Source of the DNA: the human T2T-CHM13v2.0 reference genome, Homo sapiens
DNA: 64,000 nucleotides
Assembly: GCF_009914755.1 (NCBI RefSeq)
Contig: NC_060939.1
Strand: one strand, 5' to 3'
Shown: positions 28,561 through 48,209 of the stretch, piece after piece
Layout of the letters: each line of letters opens with the position of its first letter
Position numbering within the stretch: position 1 is the stretch's first letter
Made by a program: the position numbers and the translations under genes
The notes under the pieces: model-generated
Told to the model about the DNA's origin: nothing
The model's input: the letters and a program-made list of their open reading frames with translations, nothing else
The model's database searches: none

Positions 28561-28712
28561 GCCATCTGTGTTTCTCTGTCGTCTTTCTTCCACCCCAAGG
28601 ACTGTGCAATCCTCGGGCTTGGAGGGAAAACGCTTCCCCATTTTGTATCGTCTATTCTCCTCTCATTTAGAACCTAAGAGGAAATTGCTTTTTCCTAGGC
28701 TAGGAGACACTT

Positions 28713-29409
<697 letters not shown>

Positions 29410-31499
29410 TCCTTTTTCTGCATTGTTCTGGGTGAGGGGAAGGAAAAGGACTGTTTTGTGTCTATTACCATTAGTAAAAAAGAAGGTAGTGATGTTGGGT
29501 GGGGCCACTATATGAAAATGAGAAGAAAAGGGTTGGAAGGAGAACATATTTCCTCACTTAGACCAAAGAGGGTAGCCTTCTATTTTCTTTTATTCAAAAA
29601 ACATAATCAAATTTACTGTTATTACTTTTTAAAATGAAGATGTAGGATTATTGTATTCTTAGAGTGTTCTATCATGTCAAATTCTGTGAACACATCCCAG
29701 TTTTCTCACTAACTGCCTTTGTAAATTAAATCAGAGTTTCATTTATTCACGGATCTTTCCAGAATGCCTGCCACATGCTGGGCACAGGGGAGAGACAGGT
29801 TCTGGGCCTTGCACACCTTACAGTCTATTGGGGAAAGACAAATCGGAAACTAGTAGTTACGAGTGAGGTGCAATGCCCGCAGGGAAGGTAGGTTGCTGCT
29901 GGCCCACAGGGCAGGGTCCCAGCCTGGTCTGGAAGTTCAGAAAGAAGCTCCCTGGTAGGCTTGAAGGAGGAGTGGGAGTCGTCCCGGCAGAGGAAACAGC
30001 AGGTGTGAGGGCCTGAGGAGAGATGCTTTTCCAAGATGACCTCTCAGCTGCCACAAGGGTAACAACAGCAGGAAACTCCCAAAGAAATTGGCTTTCGGGG
30101 ATGAAATATGGTGGGATTCATGAGGCCTGGGTTCTAGTATTGGTTTTGCCATGTGTTAAGGAAGAGAGAGGTTGTGAGATTTGTTCAAGGTCACATAATC
30201 TGTTACCTCATTCGTAATTTCCGTGTGTGTGGGATAGCATGGGGCATGAGGGGTTTGGGGTTGGTTTAGTGATCTGAAATCCTATTTTTGAACACTAAAT
30301 CATCTTTCATGTGTATCCATGTATGTAAAGGGTATTGTAATTCAACATGAGTGCCTCCCCCCGTAAGATTTTCTTTTAAAATTATGTATATCTCATGAGA
30401 TATGGCACTAGAAAATAAGCTCTAAGAAAAAGAAAACTTGTCCTTGTTCACTATTGCTCAGGAGAGTTCCAGGCACATAGTGAGTGTCTAATAAATGAGG
30501 CTGAATGAATAAGTAAATGTTATTAAAAATTAACAACTTACCTGTCAGTTAACATCACTGTGAAGCAAGCAAGTTGAACACAAATATAGGGAAATGGACT
30601 GGTCCCTAGGTCAGGCAAGTTTGCCTGGAGGAAAAGTGGGGCAAAGCGTCTGTGAGCTGAGTGAAGTTTTCATTCTCCATCCAGATTTTTTAGCATCAAA
30701 TACATTTGTCTTTTATGTCAGCAAGTTTAACATACCTTAATTTTCAACAAAGCAAAAGTGGACTCCAAGAAGGAGATGGTTAGAGAGCAAAACTTTGAGT
30801 AGATATATCTTTTAACTACTTACCATCCCTGCACATCTTCAACATGGGCTGTTGAAAGTTGACTACTGTGTATCTAATAACTGATTCTCCTGACCATTAA
30901 ATATGAGAATTTGTTTCCTTGATCCAACTGCAAGGTGAGTTTTGATACAAAACAACTGATTATGTACTCTAGCTGCACACATCAGCTTGCTGATGTGAAA
31001 CCTCATAAGGTTATGTGAAACCTCATAAGGAATTATAGTCAACGCCAATCATTGTGTAAGTGAAGGTCAAATTTTACATTTTCTGTTGGTGTCATCAGCA
31101 TTTTTAGGATAAATCTTTGAAGCACACAAATTAATATTGGGATACCATGTCAGCACTGAAGGCATGTGTGAGAAATTAAATGCCTGTGGACTACGTAAGA
31201 CAGCATGTGGGAGAGAGAGAAAAAATACCAGAGTCCGTATGCACAGAATTGTTGGTTTAAACTACAAGGACTATGACCAGTCAGCTTTTTAAAAGTGCCA
31301 AACACAGCTAAGATATTTGGGTTAGTCAAAAATACTGCTTCCAAATTTAAAATCTTCAGTCAGTGAGTAGCTGTGGAGAAAGATGCACATACATGTATGT
31401 ACACGCACATATGGATATATGCATTGCTGGAGCTCCACTAAAAATTATAGCTGGGAGTGCATTTGTAGAGGCAATATAGATAGGTGGGTAGGTAGGTAG

Positions 31500-32220
31500 A
31501 CAGATGGTATGGCAATTAAAAGCGATTCCCCTGGATTAAGACAAGCTTGGGCTCAAATCCTGACTCCACCACTTACTTCCTGTGTGACTTTTCTGAGCCT
31601 CAGTTTCCCTCCTATGTAAAATAGGAGTATAATAGTACTATTTACCTCATAGGGTTTCTATTAGTTAGCTTTTGCTGTAATAAAGCTGCATAACATACAA
31701 CCACAAAACCTCAGTGGCATAGAACAAGCATTTATTACTCATGTGTCTGGAGTCACCTGGGTTTGGCTAGGCAGCTCTGCTGATCTTGACACAGCTTGAT
31801 CACTTTTCTGGGTGTTGACTGGCTATTGGTTAATCAAGGATAGCTTCATCTGGGATGATTCACGTGACTGGCTGTGCTCCATGCGTCTTTCATCTTCCAG
31901 CAGGCTAGCTTAGGCGTAGTCTTGTGGTGGTGGAAGGGGGCAAGAGCAACAAGCAGAAGCACAGAAGCACTTTTTAAGCCTCTGATTGCTTTGTGGTTGC
32001 TAATATGCTATTGACCAGGTTTATCACATGGCTGAGCCTTAACTCAGAATGGGATGCAATACAGTTACATGCAAAGAATGCGGATAAAAGGAGAGATGAA
32101 GAATTGGGCACATTATGCAATCGACCTACTGTAGGATAATGAGACTTAAATGAGACAATAGTCAGTACTCAGCACATGGCAATCATTTAATAAATGGTAG
32201 TGGTTGTCATTATTGTTACT
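31500..32220 (+). mobile_element. MIR split by an MLT1 LTR
   Basis: 'ttgggctcaaatcctgactccaccacttact...tctgagcctcagtttcc'; resumes 'taggataatgagacttaaatgagacaat'. Confidence 0.8.
31655..32131 (-). mobile_element. MLT1G/H-like MaLR LTR
   Basis: 'gctgcataacatacaaccacaaaacctcagtggc', 'ggcagctctgctgatcttg'; TSD taggg/tagga. Confidence 0.8.
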
Positions 32221-32776
32221 CCCTATTTACATCACAACTAGCATCTATCATGGTTTTAATTTTTTCAACTGTTCTTTGTGTGTTACTTTATAAGCTTATA
32301 GAAATTCTTGCTTTAAAACAGAATGAAGAGATTTGGGCTCAAAGCCTTGTTATCAAACCTCCTCTTAATATACCCTCACTATGTTATATGGTAAAAAGGA
32401 GTGTTTGCTAGGGATCCGGGCAGACACTGGTGAAGTACTGACTTTGAAAACTTTTTCTTTGACATTGTATATCTACTTCTCAGTCTGTTTAGCTGCAAAA
32501 TGCTGATAATTTGCTTTATCATGCTAGGCTTTTTGGGAAGATTAAATAAGAAAAATATGTTTTATATCTTTCTTAATGTTTGTTACACAGTGTTTATAAC
32601 TTTAGTAATCTATATTTGTAGAAAAATGAGAAAAACACATCAGAATTATACTATATAGAAACAGTGACAATTATTACTAATTATTGATTATAATTTTATA
32701 TGCATATGTTTCCAAAATTAGGATTTGATTACTTATCCTATTCTAAAAATTGTTTTCTTCACTTAATATAATGACA

Positions 32777-34299
32777 ATTTTTTTATCCATTCATCTGTTG
32801 ATGGACACTGAAGTTGTTTCCGTGTCGTCCCTGTTGTGAATAATGCTGCAATGAACATGGGAGTGCAGATACCTCCTCTAGCCACTGGTATATAGCCAGA
32901 AGTGGGATCGCTGGATCACGTGGTAGTTCTGATTTTAGCTTTTTGAAGAACGTTTATAATGGCAGAATCAGTTTATATTCCCACCAACAGTATACAGAGG
33001 TATCCTTTTCTTCATATGCTTACCAAACTTGTTGTCTTTTTGATAATAGCCATCCCATCATCCTATCTCATTGTGGTTTTAATTTGCATGTCCTTTATGA
33101 TTAATGATATTGAGCACCTTCTTATGTACCTGTCTGTTGGCCATTTTAATGTCTTCTTTAGAATATGTGTATTTGAGTCCTTTGCTCATTTTTTAATCAA
33201 CTTTTTTTTCCCCCGATTGAGTTGTGTGAGTTCCTCATATATTTTGAATATTAACCCCTTATCTGGTGTATGGTTTAAAAATATTTTCTTCCAATCTGTA
33301 GCTTGCCTTTTCATTTTGTTGTTCCCTTTATCGTGCAGAAGCTTTTAAGTTTGATGTAGTCCCACTTGTCTGTTTTTGCTTTTGTAACTTGTGCTTTTGG
33401 TATCATATCCAAAAAAACATTGCCAAGACTAATGTCAAGGTGCTTTCCCTTAGATTTCCTAGACTGTGGTGTATACATATACAATGGAATATTATGCATC
33501 CATAAAAAGAAATAAATTCGGCCATTTGTGATAACATGGATGAATCTTCAGGGCATTATGCTAAGTGAAATAAGTCAGACAAAGAAAGACAAATAATGCC
33601 CACATATGTGTAATCGAAATAAGTTGAACTCACAGAAAAAGAGATGGTTGCCAGGGGTTGGAGAGTGAGGAAAATGGGGAGATGTTGGTTAAAGGCCACA
33701 AACTTTCAATTATAAGATGAATAAATTCCAGAAATCAAATGAGCAGCATGGTGACAATAGGGAATAATAAATACTGTACTGTATACTTGAAATTTGCAAA
33801 GAGAGTTGATCTTAAATATTCTCACCACAAAACAAAAATGGTAAGTAGGTGAGGTGATAAAATTGTTAACTAACTTGATTATGATAATCATTTCACAATA
33901 TATACATATATAGTGGCTGGGTGTGGTAGCTCACGCCTATAATCCCAGCACTTTGGGAGGCCGAGGCAGGCGGATCACCTGAGGTTGGGAGTTCGAGACC
34001 AGCCTGACCAACATGGAGAAACCCCGTCTCTACTAAAAATACAAAATTAGCCGGGTGTGGTGGTACATGCCTGTAATCCCAGCTACTCGGGAGGCTGAGG
34101 CAGGAGAATCACTTGAACCCAGGAGGCGGAGGTTCAGGTGAGCTGGAGATGGTGCCATTGCGCTCCAGCCTGAGCAACAAGAGCAAAACTCTGTCTCAAA
34201 ATATATATACGTATATAACATCAGCGTGTTGTACACCATAAATTTACACAATTTTGTTTGTCAGTATACCTCAATAAAGCTAGAAAAAAAATTTTAAGA
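32777..34299 (+). mobile_element. L1MA-class insertion with inverted 5' segment (32777-33451 minus; 33465-34299 plus), inside an older L1ME
   Basis: The two segments are contiguous in L1 sense order; TSD aatgaca at 32770-32776 and 34300-34306. Confidence 0.8.
33915..34201 (+). mobile_element. AluSp-like SINE, almost no A tail
   Basis: 'gaggttgggagttcgagaccagcctgaccaacatggagaaaccccg'; sits in a TA-rich tract. Confidence 0.95.
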
Positions 34300-34559
34300 A
34301 ATGACATTCTTCCACATGAACAAATATAGATCTACAGCAATAATTTTAATAAATGTATCCTATGTATTGTGTGGATATATTCTCATTTATGAAACCAACA
34401 TCCTATTGTTGAATCTTTAGGTTATTTCTAATTTTTTTTTTACCATTAATGGCACTACAATAAGTATCTTTTATATCTTTATCCATCTGTCAACTTGTTT
34501 CTTTAGGTTAAATTTCTGGAAGTAAAATTGCTGGGTTAAAGATCAGTTACTTTGTAAAA

Positions 34560-36430
34560 TAACTTTTTATCATCAAATATGTATGTTTTGTACATTTAGA
34601 AAAGTACAAAAATTAGCTTTTAAAGGGTGGCTACTGAATCTATGGATGCTGCCCCAGGAGTGGGAGCTGTTGTATCTTCTGCTCTCTTCTACTTCCTGTT
34701 GTAACCAATAAAAGCTGTTTGTACCATTAAAAAAATAAGTAGAAGTACACAAAGTACACAAAATGGAAGTGTAAAGCTCAGCCAATCATTGTAAACAAAC
34801 ACTCATGTAATCACCATCCAGCTCAAGAAAGAAAACAGTGCCAGCCCCTAGAAACACTCCCTCTGTGTCCCCTGTCAATGACCAACTTTACTTACTTCCC
34901 AAAGGTAACCATGATCCAGGCTTTTAATACCATAGTTTAGGTTTGCTTGTTTTTGAATTTCACATGAATGGGCTCATGCTATGTGTATTCTTTTGTTTCT
35001 GGTTTCTTTCAATCAACATTCCATTTGTGTTTGTGAGATTCAACCATATTGCTTCACATGGACATTGTTCACTCATTTCATTGTTGTATATTATTTCATT
35101 CTATAAATATATATTTTACTGTTGCTGAACATTTTGGGTTATTACCATTTGGACTCAAGTATAATGTTGCTATTTTCTTAAGAGCATATGTGCTTTTTTG
35201 GTGTGTAGGTGTGTGCATTTCTGTCAGGCATATTCCTAGGAGTGCAATTGCAGGATCATAAATTCTGAGTATGTTCGTTTTTAGTAAATAGTGCCAAAGT
35301 CTTCCAAGGTGATTGTTCTAATTAACACTTCCACCTGCAGTATATTTAAATTCCTGTTTGTTTCACATTCTCTTTAACACTTGATATATATATTAAAAAA
35401 AAAACCAAAAAACAAACAAACAAAAAAAAACAGGAAGCTATTCCAGTGGTTGCATTGTGGTTTTACCTTGTATTTCTCCAATAACAACGACGTTAAACAC
35501 CATTTCATGTATTTGAGCCACTTTGATATTCTTGAGATGTGCTTGCTCAAATCCCTTGCCCATTTTTCTACTGGTTATTTGACTTTTTAAGCAATTTATT
35601 TGTAAGAGTTCTTCTATATTATGGATAAAGGCTTTTGTTGAAAAATGTGTTGCAAATATATTTTCTTACACTTTAGTTTGCTTTTACACTCTCTTCATAG
35701 CGTCTTTAGATAAACATTACTTCTTAAATGCCTAAGGAGTCAAACGTATCTTTTCTTCCTACTCTCTCCATTACTTTTTTTGTTTTTTCGTCCTGTTTTA
35801 AGACAACTTTGCCTGACTTGGATGTCTTAGTCAGTTTTGCCTGCTATAACAAAGTGCCATAGACTTGTGGCTTATAAATAGCAGAATTTATTTCTTACAG
35901 TTTTGGAGGCTGAAAGTCCAAAGTCAGGGTGCCAGATTGGCTGGGCTCTGGTGCTTCTTGTATCTTCACATGGAGGAAATAGGGCTAGAAAGCACTTTAT
36001 AAGCACACGAATCCCATCAAATTATCTAGTTACCTCCCAAAGGCTTCACCTCCTAATACCAGCACACTGAGGGTTAGGATGTCAACATGTGAAACCTTGG
36101 GGTGGGGGATGGGGACGCTATAGACATTTAGTCCATAAAAGAGGACAACAATCTCTTATATCATCTTCTGGAAACTTGTTCTTTGTTTTGCCTTTCACGT
36201 TTGGGTTTACAGTCGGCCTAGAATTGAGTTTTGCATAGAATGAGGTAGGAGTCAAATTTCATTGTTTCCTAATATGTACATCCCATTGTCTGGGCACCCT
36301 TTAGTAACAATTTTGGTTTTTGCCCATTGCTTTGCGGTTCCACCTTTATTTTAAATCAATGTCCACAAATCAGTCTATCTGTTTTTGAGCTCTGCGTTCA
36401 ATTCCATTGATCTATTTGCCTAAGCTTTAG
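34560..36430 (-). mobile_element. Old L1M (L1MD/ME-like) 3' region, interrupted
   Basis: 'cccaaaggtaaccatgatcc', 'cctaggagtgcaattgcaggatcata', 'tgaggtaggagtcaaatttcat'. Confidence 0.75.
35823..36140 (-). mobile_element. MLT1A-like LTR
   Basis: 'tgtcttagtcagttttgcctgctataacaaagtgccatagact', 'gacatttagtccata'. Confidence 0.85.
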
Positions 36431-36898
36431 TCTCTGAAAGATATTAAGTTTTTAAAAAGGCTTTTGTCACATACTGGAGGGGGCTATTTATTTGCTACTT
36501 AAAAAAAATGTATTAGGTACCTTTTCAATTCTTTTGGGTATATGCTTAGGAGAAAAGTTGCTGGACTGTATGGTAAGTCTGTGTTTAACTTTTTGAGGAG
36601 TTGCCAACTTTCTCTTTATAGTGGCAGCCCCATTCCCACCTGCAATGTAAGAGTGTACTATTTTTTCCACATCCTCACCAACACATTTTTTAAAAAATTA
36701 TTATACTTTAAGTTCTAGAGTTCATGTGCAGAACATGCAGGTTTGTTACATAGGTATACATGTGCCATGTTGGTTTGCTGCACCCATCAACTCGTCATTT
36801 AGGTGTTTCTCCTAATGCTATCCCTTCCCCAGCCCCACACCCCCCAACAGGCCCCGGTGTGTGATGTTCCCTGCCCTGTGTCCATGTGTTCTCACTGT

Positions 36899-40722
<3,824 letters not shown>

Positions 40723-40785
40723 TATGATGTTAGCTGGTTATTTTGCCTATTAATTGATGTGGTTTCTTCATAGCATCAATGGTCT

Positions 40786-42106
<1,321 letters not shown>

Positions 42107-45100
42107 CTTTGTGGTTTTATCTATCTTTGGTCTTTGATGTTGGTGACCTACAGATGGGGTTTTGGTGTGGATGTCCTTTTTGTTGATGTTGATGCTATTC
42201 CTTTCTGTTTGTTAGTTTTCCTTCTAACAGCCAGGCCTCTCAGCTGCAGGTCTGTTGGAGTTTGCTGGAGGTCCCAGAAATAGTTTTCTTTCAAAAGTAA
42301 TTGTAGATTCCAAGGACAGATACACTGGGCTGACCTCTGCCCAGTTTTGCAGGCTGGGACATCAAGATCAATGAGCATTCAGTGTCTAGCAAGGGCCCAC
42401 TCTCTGCTTCATTGACGGTGTCTTCTCGCTGCATCTTCATGTAGCAGAAGGGGCACATCGTTTTTATTAAACTGAAAAAAATCATAGCAATTCTAATGGG
42501 TATAAAGTGGTATCTCATTGTGGTTTTCATTTGCATTTATGTAATAACTAATGATGTTGAACATCTTATCATATACTTCTTGGCCATTTGTATATCTTTT
42601 TGGAGAAATGTCTATTGTCTTTTGCCCTTTGTTAAAATTGGATTATTTGCATTTTTCTTGTTGAGTGGTAAGAGTTCTTTATATATTCTGGATATATTAT
42701 TTACAAATATTTTCTCTCTATAGGTTGGCTTTTCACTTTTAAAATAGTCTTCTTGGATGCACACATTTTTAAATTTTGATTAAGTCCCATTGGTCTATGT
42801 TTTTACTTTCATTTATTGTGCTTTTGGTGCTATATCTAATAACTTACTGCCAAATCCAAGGCCATGAATATTTACTCCTATTTTTTTCTAAGAATTTTAT
42901 AGTTTTAGCTCTTATATTTAGATTGTTGATCTATTTTGAGTTAGTTTTTGTGTATGGTGTGAGGTAGGGGCCCAGTTTCATTCATTTGCAGGTGGATATT
43001 CAATTGTCCCAGCAGGCCATATGCAGTTTTATTTGGGAGGTGTTGTGAGATGAACTTTCACTGTTTGCTGTGACTTTCCTGAGATGTGTGTTTTATGTTT
43101 ATGGCCGTTTCTACAGTGCTGAAGGCTGAGCATTCCTCACACTCACAGAAATATGCATTAAAATTGAGAATATGACACCTCCTCTCCTTCCTTTATTTCC
43201 CTGGCTATATCAAAGAAAAGGTGCTTCAGTTTAAGGAAAAACTACAAAAAGCAGAGTAATGGGATAAAGTGAATTGGGATTAAGTTAGTCTAGATTCTGC
43301 ATTGACTAAGGAAGTTTTCCCATTTCCCTGTCTGGAAGATTAATGCAGGTGTCACTAATTCTTTTTCTAGAAATGGGAAAGCTATGATACCAGGTGACTA
43401 AGTAAAAGTGACCTAGAAGACTGGTTAAAAATATAGATTCCAGGGGTCATCCCTCTGAAGTTTGTATTGAGACCTAAGCACCTGTATTTTCAAAAATGCT
43501 ATATAAACACAATAATTCTATTGCACAGCTAGGCTGGAAATCTTTGAGTTCTCAAGTTTACTCCCTGAATTCTGCAAGATTATTGAAACCTATTTGAATG
43601 AATAATATTTATCCACATCATTTGCTAACTAACAATTTTTGTTTGTGTATATCTTTTTCTTCTTTGATCCTGTAAGATTGGGAAGTGTTACTGTTCTTAT
43701 TTATCTTTATATCCTCAATGACATCCAGTAAGTATTAAAAGGCTATCATAAATTTAAACCGTAAATATTGTGCACATTTTGTCAGCTTATATGAAGATAT
43801 TGGTGTGTTAGTTTCTACACTGACTAGAGTTTCAAGGGTTACCTGTTTATCTGTTTGTTTTTAGTTTCATGATAGGATTTCCTTCTCTTGCTTTTTGCCC
43901 TTCTCTTTAGCACTTCTTGTTTGCTACCCTACATTGTATCTCTTGCTGTATAGACTTGCATGTTGCTACACGATCCCAAAAGAAACTTGTCTTGGTGTGA
44001 TTGGCTGGGTGGTTATCTCAGCTAAGGAGGATTAGAAAACTCACATCTCTGGACTCTCAGTCCTAAGCCCTTTTCACTAACTGACAATTCTGCCTCTCTT
44101 CCATCCTGTGAATAAGAGAAAGTTTTCCTTTTTCTCCTTTTCAAAAACACAGCCCTTTTGCAGCTCCCTCACTTCCCATGGAGATGGTCCATTTGAGCCC
44201 TCAGGGTCTTGCATGGCAGAATGGCTGCAGTTGCAGAGATAAAGCCAATGAAACAAATGCCATCAAGTCTTTCTCTAAGCTCCTGGTAAACGGATTTACA
44301 TGCAGCAGCCATGGAACAAACTGAAACAGTAATTGACCTCGTGGACTGCCTCTGATTATTCAAGGTGCAGTAATCTCAAGGGGCCTCATTCATCTCTTTG
44401 CTGGAGTCTTAGCTGACTGCAGAATAATTACAGGGAATTCAAGTTAAGGCTTAGAAAGACTTGTCACTGGCCGGTGGATACCACTGGCTTAATAAAACTG
44501 AACACACTTAGAATTAGCATAAGCCAGTTACAAGTATTCTTGTGTTTAAATGCAAATTATTAAAACACCTATTACCAAATAAGAAAAGTTTTTAAAATAT
44601 TAGGGATTCCAAGCACAGGAATGTGTGGTGAACTTGAGAAGCTTGATGCCAATTATGTGCTTCACTGAATTAAAATGAATTGGTGTTACTAATGAAGACT
44701 CAAATGATCTACCCTCCCAGCCCAATCTTTTACCACCTCACATTTCATTAGAAATGAATTTTTCAATTAAGATCTGTCTTCCCACACTTACCAAATTGAG
44801 TTTTCCAGACTTATGATTCAGTCACAGAAGCTTAAGGAACATGGTAGGTGCTGAGGTTGGGAGCAGGGGTGGTGGGTCATGCCCAATTGGCCAATAGAGA
44901 CATGACAGCTTGCCAGTCTCTAATACAATATTTCTACTTCTTTCAGAGTAATGTGGTCCCTTGTCTAGGTCCCTGACATTGAATAATTTATTCAATAAAA
45001 TGGTGCAATTTAAAGGAAAGTGAATGAAGATGTTTACATTGGTGGCAGCTTTCTAAAATAATATTTGCAGTTGAAAATTGAAATGAATCTGTCATTAACT

Positions 45101-47719
45101 ATTTTGGTAAGAAGAGAAGGAAATAGATAGGAATCAAAATGTTTGAAGATGTATTATTATTCTTACTTAGATTATCCTACAAGGAGCTTTTCCATGCAAA
45201 TGAGAAAACATTCAATTTGAAATTCTTCCTAGAAACTAGATTGATTTGCAAATGTTTGACACATTAATAATTTCATAAGTAAATAGAGTTATAATTTAAG
45301 GCATGATTCAGCATTTCTCAAAAAAAAAAGAATCAGTAGTATATTTATTCTTTTTTGGTGATCTCTTTAACAGTGGTGTAATTATTCTGGAGGCTCTTTT
45401 CCACCCTCACTTCCTCCTTTCTTTCACTTTGATTCACCAACCTTGCCAGGTTACTCATGATTGTAAAGAAATGCAATGGCAGAGATAGTTGTTTCCTCCA
45501 GTTTATATAACCATTTGCCTCTCCTTGGCTAATACCAGCTGGACAAAACTTGTTTTTTGGGAGGAGTGGGGTGATTTATTCATACTTCTCCCCCTTGGAT
45601 TTTGTTATGTGTGCTTTTCATTTCACTACCAATTTTCCCGTAAGATCACTGTAAATAGTGGCTGGCCTGGCTCCTGGTAAGCTCCTTTTTTGCCTGTTTG
45701 CTACTGTATCTGCAGTGCTGTGAGCGGTGCCTAGTCCACAGTGACTGCTTAACAGTCCCTCCCCGACTCAGTGGGTGGGCCTTCTTACCTGTCAGCCCCT
45801 CCACTCTGTCTCCTCAGCTCTCATGCCCAGCACAACCCGCATCCATCCCTACTTCCAGGCTGGGCTCACACTGTTTTCCCCACCAAACCTGATTCCCTCC
45901 TCTTCTCTGTCTAACCAAATTCCACCCATATGACTGCACTTGAGTTCCGTGTCCTCCATGATGGCTTCTGAGATGACGCTCATCCACAAAGCCTAGGAGT
46001 TTGTAGTCTGACTGTATCTCACTATAACTTGTTCGGTTTTGTTTGGTTCTTTCAGGATTTCATGAGAAATAGTGTTTGTTCTCAGTTCTCATGGAGTTTG
46101 GGCCTACGTGAACAGCCTAGGCCCTATGGCAGACTCTCGAATGGCCAGCGTCGTCCCTCAAGAGCTTGGCATTGCACAGATGCTTGCATTGGACGTCTGT
46201 TAAGTGCTCACTGCTGACTGTTCTCAAGTAGAGGAGGATTATAGATCAAACTAAAAAATGTACCGTTGACAGTTCTCTGTCCTCAGTACAGCAGAGAGTG
46301 ATGCCTGCTTAGCTTTGAACCCCGCATTTATTTCGGTCATGACTTCAGGAGGTCAGTCAGGTCAAAACATGGCAGTCATTTCCTGTCTCATTTTTCCCAA
46401 GCGGCTGCTCATCTTTCTGGATAGCTCAGCAACCTCTACAGAGAAGCCATGTTCTTAATGTGTGAGTCTTTCCTGGTGTCCTGTGTCCTAGCTCCAGCCT
46501 AGTTGTCTCTTTCTGCCTCAGGTTGCCTTTGTCTTTCCCACACTCTTCCCAACTGTAATATATCATCATGTTTTTTAAAGGTACATTTTTTAGTTTGGTC
46601 TCTAATCTTCCTCTACTTGAGAACAGTAACCCTCTATTAAAAAATGATTTCATAATTTGTACTTTTCACTGTCAGACTGATCTTCCCTTCATTTAGTTCA
46701 AATTACTGAGCTTCTATTGTGTTGAGCTACTCTTTCACCCTTAAGTTTCAAAAATGCCCTTTTCTGTCAAATCTTATTTAGGCAGGTTAACAGAAGAATA
46801 TGACTATACATAGACTGTTGACACCCAAACAGGATCCTTGAAATAGATGACCTTGGATATGGGCTTTGAGATAATTAGCAAAAAGAGAATTGACAGAAAC
46901 CAACTGCTTCCAAGATAGCACAGGGTCACAATCAAAAGAAGGGCAGCAGAAATTGAATAGACAAGCTGATCAAAGACAAAAACTTACCAAGTGACCTGGA
47001 TTTTTAAAGAAAATCATTGGGGCACCTGTTATTCATTAAATAGTAGTTCCACGGGTGTGTATTGAGCAACTACTGTATTATTTGCACTATTCTAGTTGCT
47101 GGTAATACAGCAAAATGAGACAGGGTCACTCACATGCTCTAGTCTAGTGGGTAAGTGTCAGGGTAGGAGTAATGGTAGGACACATCAAAATGCATTGTTC
47201 CTGGGAGGGAGGGTGGCAAATTTCATTTTGGATTCATGTGTCTGATACTTGGTACTTGTATATCCCAGTAGGACTGCTCAGTAGTTGTTGATTTCCCCAT
47301 TAGAGATGGTTGAGCTGGCGCCACATGGACAGCTGCTAGTGATCCTGCAGAAGGGATGGCACCTTGGACCCTTAGATGAGCTCACAGAGCATATGAATGA
47401 CACCGTGTTTATTCCCACAATTCTTCCGTAGTATCTTCTCTTCAATAATGCTCATGGAAGGGGATGGGAGATTCTGTGAGCATCCAAGCCCTTGGCCACA
47501 GCACCCTCCTCTCAGAAGCAGAAATCATGAAGGAGATGCCTGTTTCCTGTAACCCAGGTTATGAAGGCAATTAAAATGTTCCATGGCTTATTTCCTGCCT
47601 TTCCATACAACTTTGCAGATTGACATCTGAAATGGTCTCCAACCTGGCAGCTGTCTTCTAATTATCTAAAATGAAAGAAAGGAGAAATGTTTGTATTTCT
47701 TAGGAAAAGAATGCACACT

Positions 47720-48010
47720 GCTTCTTAAAAAAAGCAAAGACATCAAGGGAAAACAGATTCATTGCTTAGGTAAATTTAAAACGATAATTTTTTTTCCTTG
47801 TTACCGAATCACAAAGTCAACACAGAAAATTCGGGCAGTACAGATAAGGAAAGTACAATAAAAATCACCTGTGATTACACCATCCTGACATAACTGTTAG
47901 CAACATTTTGGCTTTCCAATTTTTTTCTATGAACATATTGAGACATATTTTATAATAGTATGTTTATACTAAGCATACTATTCTGTAATCTTTTTTCGTT
48001 TAATAGTTGT
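47720..48010 (-). mobile_element. L1ME-like 3' fragment
   Basis: 'aaaaatcacctgtgattacaccatcctgacataactgttagcaacattttgg'. Confidence 0.6.
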
Positions 48011-48128
48011 AGTCAGCATGTTTTGTTTAATCAGTTTGGAGGTACAAATGAATTAACAATACTTTTAAAATTGAAGTTAAATTAATTTGTGGCTCTAATA
48101 CATAAGAATATCTCTCTTTCATTTCTCT

Positions 48129-48129
<1 letters not shown>

Positions 48130-48185
<56 letters not shown>

Positions 48186-48209
48186 ATCTATCTACCTATC
48201 TATCTATCA
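48130..48209. repeat. (TATC)n / GATA tetranucleotide STR
   Basis: About 13-14 perfect ATCT units followed by interrupted units. Confidence 0.98.
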
